This document shows positions 18,391 to 28,253 of a stretch of DNA of 64,000 nucleotides, in pieces (the stretch's first letter is position 1; each line of letters starts with the position of its first letter). The DNA comes from Candidatus Limnocylindrales bacterium (GTDB lineage: Bacteria; Moduliflexota; Moduliflexia; Moduliflexales; JAUQPW01), in the NCBI GenBank assembly GCA_035559535.1, contig DATMBG010000006.1, positions 62,001-126,000 of the forward strand, written 5' to 3'. The notes under the pieces were generated by a model. The model was given only the letters and a program-made list of their open reading frames with translations. It was not told where the DNA came from and did no database searches. The translations under genes and the position numbers were made by a program.

Positions 18391-18798
18391 CTATTTTTCC
18401 GATTTTTCGTATAACTCGATAAGCACCCCTCCAGTACTTTTAGGATGTACAAAAGCAGCCCTGGTGGTTGGATTGACCTGTCTGGGAGTTTTATCAATGA
18501 GCTCAACACCCTGGGCGGCCATGGCATCTAGTGCCTTTTGAATGTCATCCACTAAAAAACAAATATGATGAATACCCTCTCCTCGCTTTTCAAGAAACTT
18601 CTGGACCCCTTTATTTTCTGGAGTCGGCTCAATAAGTTCCAGGTGACTCTCACCTACGGGAAAAAAAGCTGTCCGAACCTGATAAGTATCCACCTGATGA
18701 ACCCCCTCCAGCTTGAGACCAAGGACTCTGGTATAAAATTCAACAGTCTTATCCAGATTTTTAACAGCGATTCCGATATGATCTATTTTCTTGAACAT
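18391..18798 (-). CDS. mce: Methylmalonyl-CoA epimerase (VOC family)
   Basis: IDHIGIAV, LELIEP, FLEKRGEGIHHICF, FVHPKSTGGVLIEL. Confidence 0.88.
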   Translation of the reverse strand: MFKKIDHIGIAVKNLDKTVEFYTRVLGLKLEGVHQVDTYQVRTAFFPVGESHLELIEPTPENKGVQKFLEKRGEGIHHICFLVDDIQKALDAMAAQGVELIDKTPRQVNPTTRAAFVHPKSTGGVLIELYEKSEK

Positions 18799-19050
18799 AC
18801 CTGCCCTGTGTTTAGAGTCTTGAAGTAAGGGCCTATGGTTTGCCTGCCCCTACCTCAGGATTCGGTACGGATTGTTTTCTTTTTGAAATTAAACATAGGG
18901 GATACCCTCCGAAAGGTCAAGTACTTTTTCTTCGGAACAAGGTAGATTACTTTTCCCTCTGAAACGTGGTTGACACGTTCTATAAAAAACTACATAATAA
19001 AAAAGGATTTAATTCCTATATATCCCTTCCCTGCTATGTACGATAGAGTT

Positions 19051-19980
19051 ATGGAATGGATCGAAATAAGCATCATGACTTCCCAGGAAGCTCAGGAGTT
19101 GATTTCCAATTTTTTAATGGATCTGGGTTCTCCTGGGGTGGTTTTGGAAGATAACTCTCCCCTACCTCCCTTCCCGGAGTCGGAGATAGACTCGAGGAAG
19201 GAAGTCAAAGACTGCCTCATCAAAGGCTATTTTCCCTTGAAAGTCGATCTCACGAAGGTAACCGATCAGGTCGGTAAATATCTGGCCCTGTTGGAGAGTA
19301 ATCAGATTTCTGTAGGGGCTAAAACTTTGCAAACTCGGATTCTTCGGGAAGAAGACTGGGAGTCTAATTGGAAGAAATATTTTAAACCCTTTCCGGTTGG
19401 AAAGCGGTTGGTGATCAAGCCGTCCTGGGAATCCTGTGAGACAAAACCTGATCAGGTTGTGATCGATATAGATCCAGGAATGGCCTTCGGTACGGGAAAA
19501 CATGAAACAACCCAGTTATGCCTGGAATTATTGGAAGAAAGTATATCTCCGGGTATTCGGGTACTGGATATAGGTACGGGCTCGGGTATTCTGGCCATAG
19601 CAGCCGCCAAACTGGGAGCCTCTCGAGTTTTAGGGGTAGAAATAGATCCCGTTACCATCCAGTATGCCCGAGAAAATTTAATTAAAAATGCCGTTCAATC
19701 TAAAATAACCTTATATTTAGGGTCTTTAGAGAGTCTGGGTCAGGTAGATGAACCCTTTGATCTGGTTCTTATGAATATAAGGCCCCGGGTGATTCTTTCC
19801 CTGGTAGAGCCTCTAAAGAAGTATTTAAAACCTGCAAGCCTTCTTATCTTATCTGGAATATTACAAACTGAAGAACAGGAATTTATAGAAGCTTTAAAAG
19901 AAAAATCACTGATTATAAAGGAACAAAAACTTAAAGGAGAGTGGATTGCTCTGGTTTGTATGCAAACATTCGCCTGTTAG
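19051..19980 (+). CDS. prmA: Ribosomal protein L11 methyltransferase
   Basis: EEDWESNWKKYFKP, IDPGMAFGTGKHETT, VLDIGTGSGILAI; likely start MEWIE at 19051. Confidence 0.95.
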   Translation: MEWIEISIMTSQEAQELISNFLMDLGSPGVVLEDNSPLPPFPESEIDSRKEVKDCLIKGYFPLKVDLTKVTDQVGKYLALLESNQISVGAKTLQTRILREEDWESNWKKYFKPFPVGKRLVIKPSWESCETKPDQVVIDIDPGMAFGTGKHETTQLCLELLEESISPGIRVLDIGTGSGILAIAAAKLGASRVLGVEIDPVTIQYARENLIKNAVQSKITLYLGSLESLGQVDEPFDLVLMNIRPRVILSLVEPLKKYLKPASLLILSGILQTEEQEFIEALKEKSLIIKEQKLKGEWIALVCMQTFAC

Positions 19981-20025
19981 CAATACACAAACTGAGAGTA
20001 GCTGTGCCCCTATTTAATACGAGCC

Positions 20026-20766
20026 ATGGTGCAGAATCGGTTTTATGTAAATCCAAAATGGATCAGAGGAACAATGGTAACAATACGAGGTACAGATGTA
20101 TGGCATATTACCAAGGTATTACGGTTTGGAGAAGGAGATCGGATTTACGTTTTTGATGGAACCGGAAAAGAATATTATGTGCTCATAACAGAAAAAACTC
20201 CCAAAGAAGTAACAGGCGTTATCCTCGAAAAAGAATATAAAAATGTAGAATCCCCTTTAAAAATTACCCTGGCTCAAGCCTTACCTAAGGCTGGTAAAAT
20301 GGATTTGGTTGTGCAGAAGGCAACCGAACTGGGAGTCCATCGAATTATTCCTCTCAAAACAGAGAGGGTGGAAACTAAAATGGATATACGGAGCTTTGAA
20401 TACAGGCGGGAACGCTGGCAACGGATTTCAGTAGAAGCGGCTAAACAATCCGGCCGGGTTATGATTCCCGAGATTGAACCGCTCATCTCCTTTGAATCGT
20501 TCTTAGCCAGGGATTTTGAAGGACTTAAGATACTTTTTTGGGAGGAAGAAAAAGAAATCAGATTCCGGCAAGTTTTGGAACAACAGAACGAAGTCCACGA
20601 AGTAATCGTTGTTATCGGACCCGAAGGGGGATTTTCCTCAGAAGAAGTAAAAAAAGCCAGGGAGAAAGGATTCTCCACTGTTTCGTTAGGGCCGAGGATC
20701 CTAAGGACGGAAAGCGTTTCGATTGTGGTGTTGGGAATTCTTCAATACGAATGGGGAGACTTTTAA
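20026..20766 (+). CDS. rsmE: 16S rRNA m3U1498 methyltransferase
   Basis: HITKVLR, QKATELGV, EAAKQSGR, IGPEGGFS, LGPRILRTE. Confidence 0.95.
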   Translation: MVQNRFYVNPKWIRGTMVTIRGTDVWHITKVLRFGEGDRIYVFDGTGKEYYVLITEKTPKEVTGVILEKEYKNVESPLKITLAQALPKAGKMDLVVQKATELGVHRIIPLKTERVETKMDIRSFEYRRERWQRISVEAAKQSGRVMIPEIEPLISFESFLARDFEGLKILFWEEEKEIRFRQVLEQQNEVHEVIVVIGPEGGFSSEEVKKAREKGFSTVSLGPRILRTESVSIVVLGILQYEWGDF

Positions 20767-21077
20767 GGGACGCAGGAATGTTGGGACATGGAGACGCGAA
20801 GAGTGAGGGACTTGAGGACCCAAGGAAATGTCCCTATGTCCCCTACTCTTTTAGGGATAGGTTTTTTCTAACCTAACCCCCTTCCCGGCGCGGGAAGGGG
20901 GAACTTGGGAATAACCTGAGTCCCAACTCTTCCCTTCTCCACGAGGGAAGGAGAGTCGGAAGGGTTAGGCCCAAAAAACCTACCCTTGTAAGCGTCCCCA
21001 CGCCCCATGTCTCCGTATCTCGGTATCTCCGAGTCTCCGTGTTTCAACATCCCCGTGCCCCAAAGTCCCCGCATCCT
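20767..21077. repeat. Composite repeat: GGGGACGC/GCGTCCCC-type 8-mer arms enclosing a MITE-like element
   Basis: gggacgcagga..gggacatggagacgcg on the left and gcgtccccacgccccatgtctccgt..tccccgtgcc on the right; lies between convergent genes. Confidence 0.75.
20853..20987. mobile_element. MITE-like element, family C (ends AGGG(A)TAGGTTTTTT)
   Basis: agggataggtttttt ... aaaaaacctaccctt with internal hairpins; the same ends occur at 53901-54075. Confidence 0.55.
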
Positions 21078-22270
21078 CACAGCCGGGATTGCCCCTTCAA
21101 ATCCTTTACATCTATGAAAGCGAATTTGGGATCTGCTGCTCGAATGTAAACTTCCGGTAATCCCAGTTCTTTACGGACTATATTGGTTCCTTGAACCAGG
21201 GCGACACACTTATAAAAAGCGATCCTTCGCGATAGACCTTCTCGACCGAACCCGCAATCGGTGCTGATGATTAACCGTTCCGGGGGGATATACTCCAGAG
21301 CTTTTCGAATCAGGTTGGCCACTACTTCTGGAGGTTCCACAACGGTATTGGTGTGACTGACCACACCGATAACGATTTTTTTATCGGTTTTATATTTACC
21401 AAAGAGAGGGAGGTCTTTTCCGCCTGTACTGGCACATTCAAAGGTAATAGCGTCGGCGTTCAACTGGAGAAGGTGAGGAAGTGCCCGTTCATAGCTGGGC
21501 CTTTCCCAAAAGACGGCTTGTTGATTTGGATTTCCCCAGCAGGTATGGGCCCAGATCTCAGCCTCTACTCCCTCAACCTGCCTGTTAAAGGCTTCTGTAA
21601 AAAACTCCAGGTCTTTCTCTGTAATGCCTGGATCCTGGGCAGCCATGTGGTGAGGGGGTTCTTCCACCTGAATTAAAGGACAGCCCGCTGCAGCTAACTC
21701 TTTTAATTCCTGGTTCATAATTTCGGAAAGTTCCAGGATAAGCTCTTTTACGGAAGAGTAATACTGATTCCAGAGCATCGAAGGGAGGATTTGCGCACTA
21801 ATGGTTCCGAATTTTACCGGCTTACTGGTCAAGCGCTGAGCTACCTTCCAAAGAGCCGCATATTGTAGAGGTCCTCGGGTTACTTTATCCACAACAGCAG
21901 GAGGTTGATAGGCTTCTTGAACTTCCCATAAGATATGACCTGGACGATGTTTGAACGTAGTAGCCCAAACCGGTGAAGTATCGTAATGACCCTGGATTCC
22001 ACCTAAACGTTCAAGAACATAGAAAAACCAGGATTTGCCTCCAACGGCCAGATCAAACCGCGAATCCCCATCGGTTACAATATCCAATCCGGCCCGCTCT
22101 TGCTCATTGATAATACAGGTAACGGCATCGATGTATTGTTCACGAAATATAGAATCTCCCAGGGCTACCTTAAAGGGACGCCCATTCAAACTTTTTGTGA
22201 ACCAATAAGGTCGAGGATAAGATCCGGTCATGGTAGTAGGCAAGATCATGTCCTTGGTTACTTTTAGCAC
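21077..22270 (-). CDS. Cobalamin-independent methionine synthase II family protein (single-barrel MetE C-terminal type)
   Basis: TGSYPRP, QERAGLDIVTDG, IQVEEP, HTCWGN (HxC Zn ligands), STDCGF. Confidence 0.85.
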   Translation of the reverse strand: MLKVTKDMILPTTMTGSYPRPYWFTKSLNGRPFKVALGDSIFREQYIDAVTCIINEQERAGLDIVTDGDSRFDLAVGGKSWFFYVLERLGGIQGHYDTSPVWATTFKHRPGHILWEVQEAYQPPAVVDKVTRGPLQYAALWKVAQRLTSKPVKFGTISAQILPSMLWNQYYSSVKELILELSEIMNQELKELAAAGCPLIQVEEPPHHMAAQDPGITEKDLEFFTEAFNRQVEGVEAEIWAHTCWGNPNQQAVFWERPSYERALPHLLQLNADAITFECASTGGKDLPLFGKYKTDKKIVIGVVSHTNTVVEPPEVVANLIRKALEYIPPERLIISTDCGFGREGLSRRIAFYKCVALVQGTNIVRKELGLPEVYIRAADPKFAFIDVKDLKGQSRL

Positions 22271-22293
22271 GGTAAGCTCCCTTCTGTAATGAA

Positions 22294-22384
22294 AGTAGGG
22301 GAGTATGGGAGTGTAGGAGTATAGGAGAGTCCCACTCCCATACTCCCATACTTCCCTACTCCCATACTCCCACCCCTACACTCC
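22294..22384. repeat. 8-mer tandem inverted-repeat hairpin (GGGAGTAT/ATACTCCC)
   Basis: ggggagtatgggagtgtaggagtataggagag...ctcccatactcccatacttccctactcccatactccc. Confidence 0.85.
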
Positions 22385-22386
22385 TT

Positions 22387-23472
22387 TTATCTCACAGCAT
22401 ATTTCTCGATGGCCTTCCGATCTAAAGTCAATCCCAGTCCAGGCTCTTCCGGCAGAATCAAATAACCCTCCTCAACTTTAAAGGGATTAACCATCAATTC
22501 ATCAAACCATGGCATATACTCACAGATCGTAACATTGGGGGAGGCTGCTGCAGCGTGTGCAGTAAATTCGGTATAGATATGGGGAGAAACAGGTACATGG
22601 AAAGAATCGGCCAGAATGGCTGCTTTTCTCCATTCGGTGATTCCTCCCATCCGAGCCAGATCCGGCATGAGGATGTCGGCAGCTCGATGCTGCAACATCT
22701 GCAAGATTCCCTCCCGTGTATAGACTGTTTCCCCACTGGCCAGAGGCGTATCCACTGCTTCAGCAACCCGAGCACTTCCCTCTAAATCATTAGCCGGGAC
22801 CGGCTCCTCATACCAATAAAGATTGTAGTCGGCCAGTCGTTTCCCCATTTCAATGGCATAATGAACCGTGAACCCTTGATTGGCATCCACAGAAAGAAGG
22901 ATATGATCCCCGATAATCCTCCGAACGGCTTCGATTCGGTCCAGATCCTCTTTCATGGTTGGTTTCCCGATGCGCATCTTGAAGGCTTTAAATCCTTGAC
23001 CTACAAATTCTTTGGCTTCTGCAATCAGATCCTCTTTGGAGTAGGACAACCACTGACCACCACTGTGATAGACCAGTAGTTTATTTCGGCACCCTCCAAA
23101 TATTTTGTACAAAGGCATTTCTGCTAATTTTCCTATGATATCCCAAAGGGCCGTATCAATAGCAGACAGGGCCATTACCGGTAAACCGCTCCATCCCACA
23201 AAATTAATCCGCTTCCACATTTTCTCCCAAATTTTTTCCACAAATTCAACTTCCTCTCCGGTTACGACTTGAGCTAGATCCTCGACCATAGCCTTCAAAG
23301 CCCTGGTCTGATGCTGGCTAAAGGTAAATACCAAACCGAATCCTTCTATACCACTCTCAGTAACGGTTTCTACCAGGACCGTTTCAACTGTGTGGACCCG
23401 ATGAATAGAGGTAGCCAATTCCCGTTTGAGGGGAAGAGATAACAAGGTAGTTTTAACCTGTTTTATTTTCAT
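22387..23472 (-). CDS. Mandelate racemase/muconate lactonizing enzyme family (enolase superfamily)
   Basis: SAIDTALWDI, FKMRIG, VDANQG, WYEEP, SGE, MPDL..MGGIT, VSPH, PGLG; likely start MKIKQ. Confidence 0.9.
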   Translation of the reverse strand: MKIKQVKTTLLSLPLKRELATSIHRVHTVETVLVETVTESGIEGFGLVFTFSQHQTRALKAMVEDLAQVVTGEEVEFVEKIWEKMWKRINFVGWSGLPVMALSAIDTALWDIIGKLAEMPLYKIFGGCRNKLLVYHSGGQWLSYSKEDLIAEAKEFVGQGFKAFKMRIGKPTMKEDLDRIEAVRRIIGDHILLSVDANQGFTVHYAIEMGKRLADYNLYWYEEPVPANDLEGSARVAEAVDTPLASGETVYTREGILQMLQHRAADILMPDLARMGGITEWRKAAILADSFHVPVSPHIYTEFTAHAAAASPNVTICEYMPWFDELMVNPFKVEEGYLILPEEPGLGLTLDRKAIEKYAVR

Positions 23473-23932
23473 TCCACCATTCTCCCTTTTATAGATTCCT
23501 ATTGGAACAGTTTTAGAATCAGGTATTCCCATACCTTCATCCCGAATATCTCTTTCTTATCCCACTTTATAAAAGCAAAATGATACACGAAAACTCAGTT
23601 TGGAGCAAGAAAAAAATAAGCTTTCTCTACAGAAACTTAACTTTTTGACAAGGGAGTAGAAGCAGTCTAAGAAACATAAATATCCGTTTTTTACAATGGT
23701 CGGGTCTTTGGACTTTCCTATTTTACAGGGCCTTTCAAGCAGTTCGCCCCATCTGAATCTCGCTCCACAACTCCCTCTGGTTAACCTGCTCTGTGGGAAA
23801 CGACGATTCTACAATTTAACCCGGAAGAACTCCATATTTTGAGAGGAAGGTTAAACAGGACTCAACTCCTGAAATTTGCAGATGGTAAACAGATTCATTA
23901 AAGAGTAGGTCAAACGTCTCGTTTTTAAAGAG

Positions 23933-24066
23933 TAGTATACTGTTACTTTAATTTTGCTTAATGTTTAAGTGGTCCTCACCCCCGGCCCCTCTCCCACGCT
24001 GCGGGAGAGGGGAATCGGGGAGTGAAAGCAGTACTAGAAGGTCAAAATTAAGGTAACAGTGTAGTA
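23933..24066. mobile_element. MITE-like element, family A (24-bp TIRs, TA termini) carrying a REP-like hairpin
   Basis: Left tagtatactgttactttaattttg vs reverse complement of right tactacactgttaccttaattttg (21/24 match); related ends at about 50461, 56738 and 59010. Confidence 0.7.
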
Positions 24067-24134
24067 GGTCAAACGTCTCGTTTGACATTTCGGAGATTTT
24101 ATTCATTAAGGTCAAACGAGACGTTTGACCTACT
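24063..24134. repeat. GTAGG-type REP doublet hairpin overlapping a stop codon
   Basis: agtaggtcaaacgtctcgtttgac...gtcaaacgagacgtttgacctact; partial copy at 23903-23924. Confidence 0.8.
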
Positions 24135-24687
24135 CCTGAATCCCTATATCTCCAGCCTTAAGGGACCCGGTACCATAGGCTATCCGCTTCCCGGCTCCAT
24201 CCACTATCAGAAAACTGATCATATCAGACTCTTCCTTGTTGTCTACAAGCATCAGCCAGAACCGACAACCGGGAATTTCCTCCTGATCCACGGTACAGGT
24301 TCCGGTAAGAAAAACAGTCGGTGTTACGGCTTTTCCCAGTGAAGTCAACTGATCAAAGCGGTCAACGGCGATTCTATGCCGGACTTGGGTATCATTCAAT
24401 GTATACGCATCTATTTCCAGGTGATAGGGGAAATTCTGTATTTGACCTTGATGACACTTTACTTCTATGGTGACGGTAAATTCCCCCGAATGGTTCTCAT
24501 CTTTTCTACTTGCAATACTCCCTATGGCTTTTCCCTGCACCAATTGATTTTTACAGGGTTGTATCTGGGGAATAGGTAGGGATTGAGCAGGGATAGAACG
24601 GTACGTGCTTAACAAAACCATAAGGGTAAGAACGACCACCCCCACGTTTCCCGCCCCGTGGACGGGAAAGATGATTGTCTTTGCCAT
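24130..24687 (-). CDS. Hypothetical exported protein
   Basis: AAGGAG RBS; hydrophobic N-terminal segment; beta-rich body with 4 Cys; no family recognised. Confidence 0.65.
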   Translation of the reverse strand: MAKTIIFPVHGAGNVGVVVLTLMVLLSTYRSIPAQSLPIPQIQPCKNQLVQGKAIGSIASRKDENHSGEFTVTIEVKCHQGQIQNFPYHLEIDAYTLNDTQVRHRIAVDRFDQLTSLGKAVTPTVFLTGTCTVDQEEIPGCRFWLMLVDNKEESDMISFLIVDGAGKRIAYGTGSLKAGDIGIQE

Positions 24688-25076
24688 GATCCGGTACTCC
24701 TTTCAGGTATGGGATCATAGAAAAATTTCTTCAGCAGGATCGCGCTGTAAAAATTTCAAAATTTCTCCCATGGAACCCTATGCCAAACATCTTTTCTATA
24801 TTATTTCTATCTTTTGGTCATTACTATCCCGTTCCTTATGGAATTGTCAACTCTTTTTTGCATATAAGGTGAATAATGAGTGGCGAAATAGCCAATGACG
24901 GGTAGTTATCTTTATCCCATTCACTATTCTCCATAATCCCTCCCTTGAGGGGGAATGGGGCATAGGTCCCAGGATAAGAGTGAGATTTCTGAGGGGCTTC
25001 CCTTCCTGATCTTCCTTCCTTTGCAGGGGAAGGAACTTTAAGGCGAAGGTCCTTCCCCTGTGAAACGGGCTTATTT

Positions 25077-25260
25077 TTACCCACATTTTTCGATTTAGGA
25101 GGATGGGCTCAAAACGGTTAGTAGGTCAATCATCCCGGTTGACCCACCTTGCAAAAAGAGGAATTTTTCCCTCACGAAGGGGATTCGATACATTTCGCTA
25201 CTCAACCAGCAAGATAGCTAAACCAGTTATTAATCCCCTGAAATGAAAAAATGTGGGTAA
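25077..25260. mobile_element. MITE-like element, family B (TTACCCACATTTTT TIRs)
   Basis: ttacccacatttttcgatttaggaggat ... atcccctgaaatgaaaaaatgtgggtaa; a solo right end lies at about 51393-51418. Confidence 0.65.
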
Positions 25261-25391
25261 TGGTTAGGTGAAACGTGGGAGGAACAGGGTGGGAGCGCTT
25301 TAACCTGGCACCTATGGAGGAATGAAGGGTGTATAGACAGAAAAACGTGATACCTATTAGATGGTTCCAGTTACCCATATTTTTTTATTTA

Positions 25392-25419
25392 TTGACTTTT
25401 TACTTAAAAAAGCTAAAAT
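25392..25419 (+). promoter_or_regulatory. Sigma-70-like promoter for the amidase
   Basis: TTGACT-N16-TAAAAT about 90 nt upstream of the ATG. Confidence 0.5.
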
Positions 25420-25510
25420 CTCCCTGACTTCATTTATTAAGCCTGGAGTAGTCCGGTATTGGACTTTAGAAAAGTAAATAGTGATTAATTTAAGGATCAG
25501 GAGGTGTTTT

Positions 25511-27049
25511 ATGACCGTTGGAAACAATACCCGGGGAATTACTCCCCCGACCCTTGAGGAGTTGAGTGCCATTGCCAGAGAATATCACATGAATCTCAGT
25601 CAAGAGGACTTAAAGGTCTTTCAAACGCTCATCGAAGGGTCCCTTGCCTCGTACAGAAGGATTGCCGAGATGGTGGAACCGAAGCTTCCGGTTAAGTACG
25701 ATCGTAATCCGGGATATAGGCCCTCACCGCAGGAAAATCCCTTAAATGCCTGGTACTGGCGATGTTCGATTAAGGGAGCCGATACAGGGAAGCTGGTCGG
25801 TAAGAAGATTGCCATCAAAGACAATGTCTGTGTAGCCGGTATCCCGATGATGAACGGGTCTGCGATCTTAGAGGGTTATATCCCCGATGTAGATGCCACC
25901 ATTGTAACCCGTATACTCGATGCCGGAGGTGAGATTATTGGAAAAGCCGTTTGTGAGGATCTATGTTTTTCAGGGGGTTCGCATACTTCAGCGACCGGCC
26001 CCGTCCGTAATCCCCATAATCCCAAGTACTCTGCAGGTGGATCCTCGAGCGGGAGTGCGGCTTTGGTTGCCCATGGAGATTGTGATATGGCCATAGGGGG
26101 AGACCAGGGAGGTTCCATTCGTATACCCAGTTGTTGGTGCGGAACCTACGGTTTAAAGCCAACCTACGGGCTGGTTCCTTATACCGGTATTTTTCCCATC
26201 GAGCAGACCCTGGATCATACAGGTCCCATTGCAATGACCGTGGAAAATGTAGCCCTTTTATTGGAAGTTATTGCTGGAGAAGATCCTCTGGATCCACGTC
26301 AGAGAGGGAAAATCGAGACCAAGCCTTATACCCAGGCCTTGACCGGCAATGTCAAAGATCTCAGAATTGGGATTGTTCAGGAAGGCTTTGGATGGCCGGG
26401 TGCTTCGGAAGAAGACGTAGACCGGGCGGTGAAGGAAGCGGCTTTTTCGTTGAGTAAGCTTGGAGCCCATGTTGAAGAAATCTCTATCCCCCTGCACCGA
26501 GACGGTATCCATATTTGGAACCCCATTGCCATCGAAGGGGCTACCCTCCAGATGATTCGTACCGATGGTATGGGACTCAATTGGAAAGGCTACTATACAA
26601 CTTCTCTGGTAGATTACTATGGAAGGGGTCGGCGGGCATTGGCCGATCAATTTTCTGATACCACCAAGATGGTAATCTTAATGGGACAGTACATGGCCAA
26701 CAAGTATTTTGGTCGTTATTATGGTAAAGCCCAAAACCTGGGTAGAGTGTTGAGGGCTGCCTATGACGATGCCTTAAAAAAGGTTGATTTGCTGGTTATG
26801 CCAACCCTTCCCATGAAGGCCATGCCTCTCATCGAGAATCCCACATGCGAGGAGTATTTTAAAACAGCCCTGGGAATGATCCAAAATACCTGTCCCTTTG
26901 ATGTTACCGGCCACCCTGCGATGAATGTACCTTGTGCTAAATCCAATGGACTTCCTATAGGGATGATGCTTATCGGGCGTCACTTTGAAGATGATGTGGT
27001 TCTTCGAGCTGCCCATGCATTCCAACAAACGGGAATGTATAACCCATAG
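25511..27049 (+). CDS. Amidase (amidase-signature family)
   Basis: IAIKDN, GGSSSGSAA, GGDQGGSIRIPSCWCG (Lys-Ser-Ser triad); AGGAGG RBS before ATG 25511. Confidence 0.93.
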   Translation: MTVGNNTRGITPPTLEELSAIAREYHMNLSQEDLKVFQTLIEGSLASYRRIAEMVEPKLPVKYDRNPGYRPSPQENPLNAWYWRCSIKGADTGKLVGKKIAIKDNVCVAGIPMMNGSAILEGYIPDVDATIVTRILDAGGEIIGKAVCEDLCFSGGSHTSATGPVRNPHNPKYSAGGSSSGSAALVAHGDCDMAIGGDQGGSIRIPSCWCGTYGLKPTYGLVPYTGIFPIEQTLDHTGPIAMTVENVALLLEVIAGEDPLDPRQRGKIETKPYTQALTGNVKDLRIGIVQEGFGWPGASEEDVDRAVKEAAFSLSKLGAHVEEISIPLHRDGIHIWNPIAIEGATLQMIRTDGMGLNWKGYYTTSLVDYYGRGRRALADQFSDTTKMVILMGQYMANKYFGRYYGKAQNLGRVLRAAYDDALKKVDLLVMPTLPMKAMPLIENPTCEEYFKTALGMIQNTCPFDVTGHPAMNVPCAKSNGLPIGMMLIGRHFEDDVVLRAAHAFQQTGMYNP

Positions 27050-27343
27050 GGGTATTTAATACGATATACCTTAAACCCGGAATTAACCCGGATAACGGGA
27101 GAACTTGTAGGGGCACGTTGTAACGTGCCCCTTCGCTTTTTCTTACTTCCCCACTTTTATTCCTTGGCAATCTTGATTTCCACAATACGGTTTTGTGTAA
27201 GTAAAACCCTTCAATCGGTTCGAATTTTGTTTACCTCAATAAGCTTTAAACATGCTAATCGGGAAAAAGACCAACTCAAAGGCTTAAGGGGGTTTGGGAA
27301 CTTCCTTATTACACCGCTTTACAGTCCCATTAGCTCCACCGGC

Positions 27344-27790
27344 TTAAAGTTTATATAGCATCCAATATACTACCACTCCAGTTACCGAGACATAGAGCCA
27401 AATAGGAAGGGTCCACCGGGCAATCTTCCTATGCTTGACAAACTGTTCTTTCCATGCTCGATAAAGGGTTATCAAAGCCAGAGGAACAATCCCGGCAGCA
27501 AGGAGGGTGTGGGAAATAAGGATTGTAAAATAGACCGGTCGAATCCAGCCCTGTCTGGTAAAACGTACCGAACCTACCTGATAATGATAGGTCAGGTAAG
27601 AAATAAGGAACAGAATCGATGTCATAAAGGCTAGCAGCATGCAGGTCTTATGAGCGGTCACCTTTTTTTGTTTGATAAAGAGAAATCCGGCCATCAAAAA
27701 GAGGGCACTGATTCCATTTAAAATGGCGTTAACGGTTGGTAAGTCGGAGATTGAAATCACGATTTTTAAAAGATAATCTGAGAAAGACAC
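27344..27790 (-). CDS. DUF420 (CtaM-like) oxidase assembly membrane protein
   Basis: LPTVNAILN, HKTCM, FLISYLTYH, YFTILISH, HRKIARWTLPIWLYVSVTG. Confidence 0.88.
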   Translation of the reverse strand: MSFSDYLLKIVISISDLPTVNAILNGISALFLMAGFLFIKQKKVTAHKTCMLLAFMTSILFLISYLTYHYQVGSVRFTRQGWIRPVYFTILISHTLLAAGIVPLALITLYRAWKEQFVKHRKIARWTLPIWLYVSVTGVVVYWMLYKL

Positions 27791-27909
27791 TTTTTCCGGT
27801 TCCGGTCGGTATAAGGACCCAAGCTTTCCTAAGGTCTCGGAGGAACAGATTCACTTTATTACCGGCCCGGAAGGGCGATCGTAGAGATCGCCCTTATAAC
27901 CTTTCGGGA

Positions 27910-28236
27910 TTACTTATGTTCAGCGGGTACTACCTGTGATGCTGTGGCCCGTGATCTATGATGAACAGCGGTCAGGTCTGGAAGAAGAGAGAATACCAGC
28001 AAGGAACAGATAATTAGAGGTGTAAGGGCAATGATTCCCAGGGTACGTTTTTCAAATTTAAGATGCATATAGTATAAGGCAACCAGCGAAGCTTTGCTCA
28101 GGGCTAGCAGGATAAGAAGGGCGCCTATAACTAATTTGCTAATGGGTAAGTAAATTACAACAAGTTCGGCAATGGTTAGGGCTCCCAGCCAATAAAACAC
28201 AGCCATGTAGTTAGGTTCTTTATGGACGTTTTCCAT
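27910..28236 (-). CDS. Cytochrome c oxidase subunit IV family protein
   Basis: LTIAEL, KASLVALYYMHLKFE; three TM helices; located in the oxidase operon. Confidence 0.85.
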   Translation of the reverse strand: MENVHKEPNYMAVFYWLGALTIAELVVIYLPISKLVIGALLILLALSKASLVALYYMHLKFEKRTLGIIALTPLIICSLLVFSLLPDLTAVHHRSRATASQVVPAEHK

Positions 28237-28253
28237 CTTTTTCTCCCCTTTCC

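Noticed and set aside
22294-22384. Short tandem repeats as a CRISPR array
   Set aside because: The units are 7-8 nt with no unique spacers, and there are no cas genes
24836-25086. Small ORFs in repeat-rich spacers (also 20868-21080, 50456-50653, 12838-13167)
   Set aside because: They are translations of hairpin repeats or antisense overlaps with no RBS or protein-like motifs
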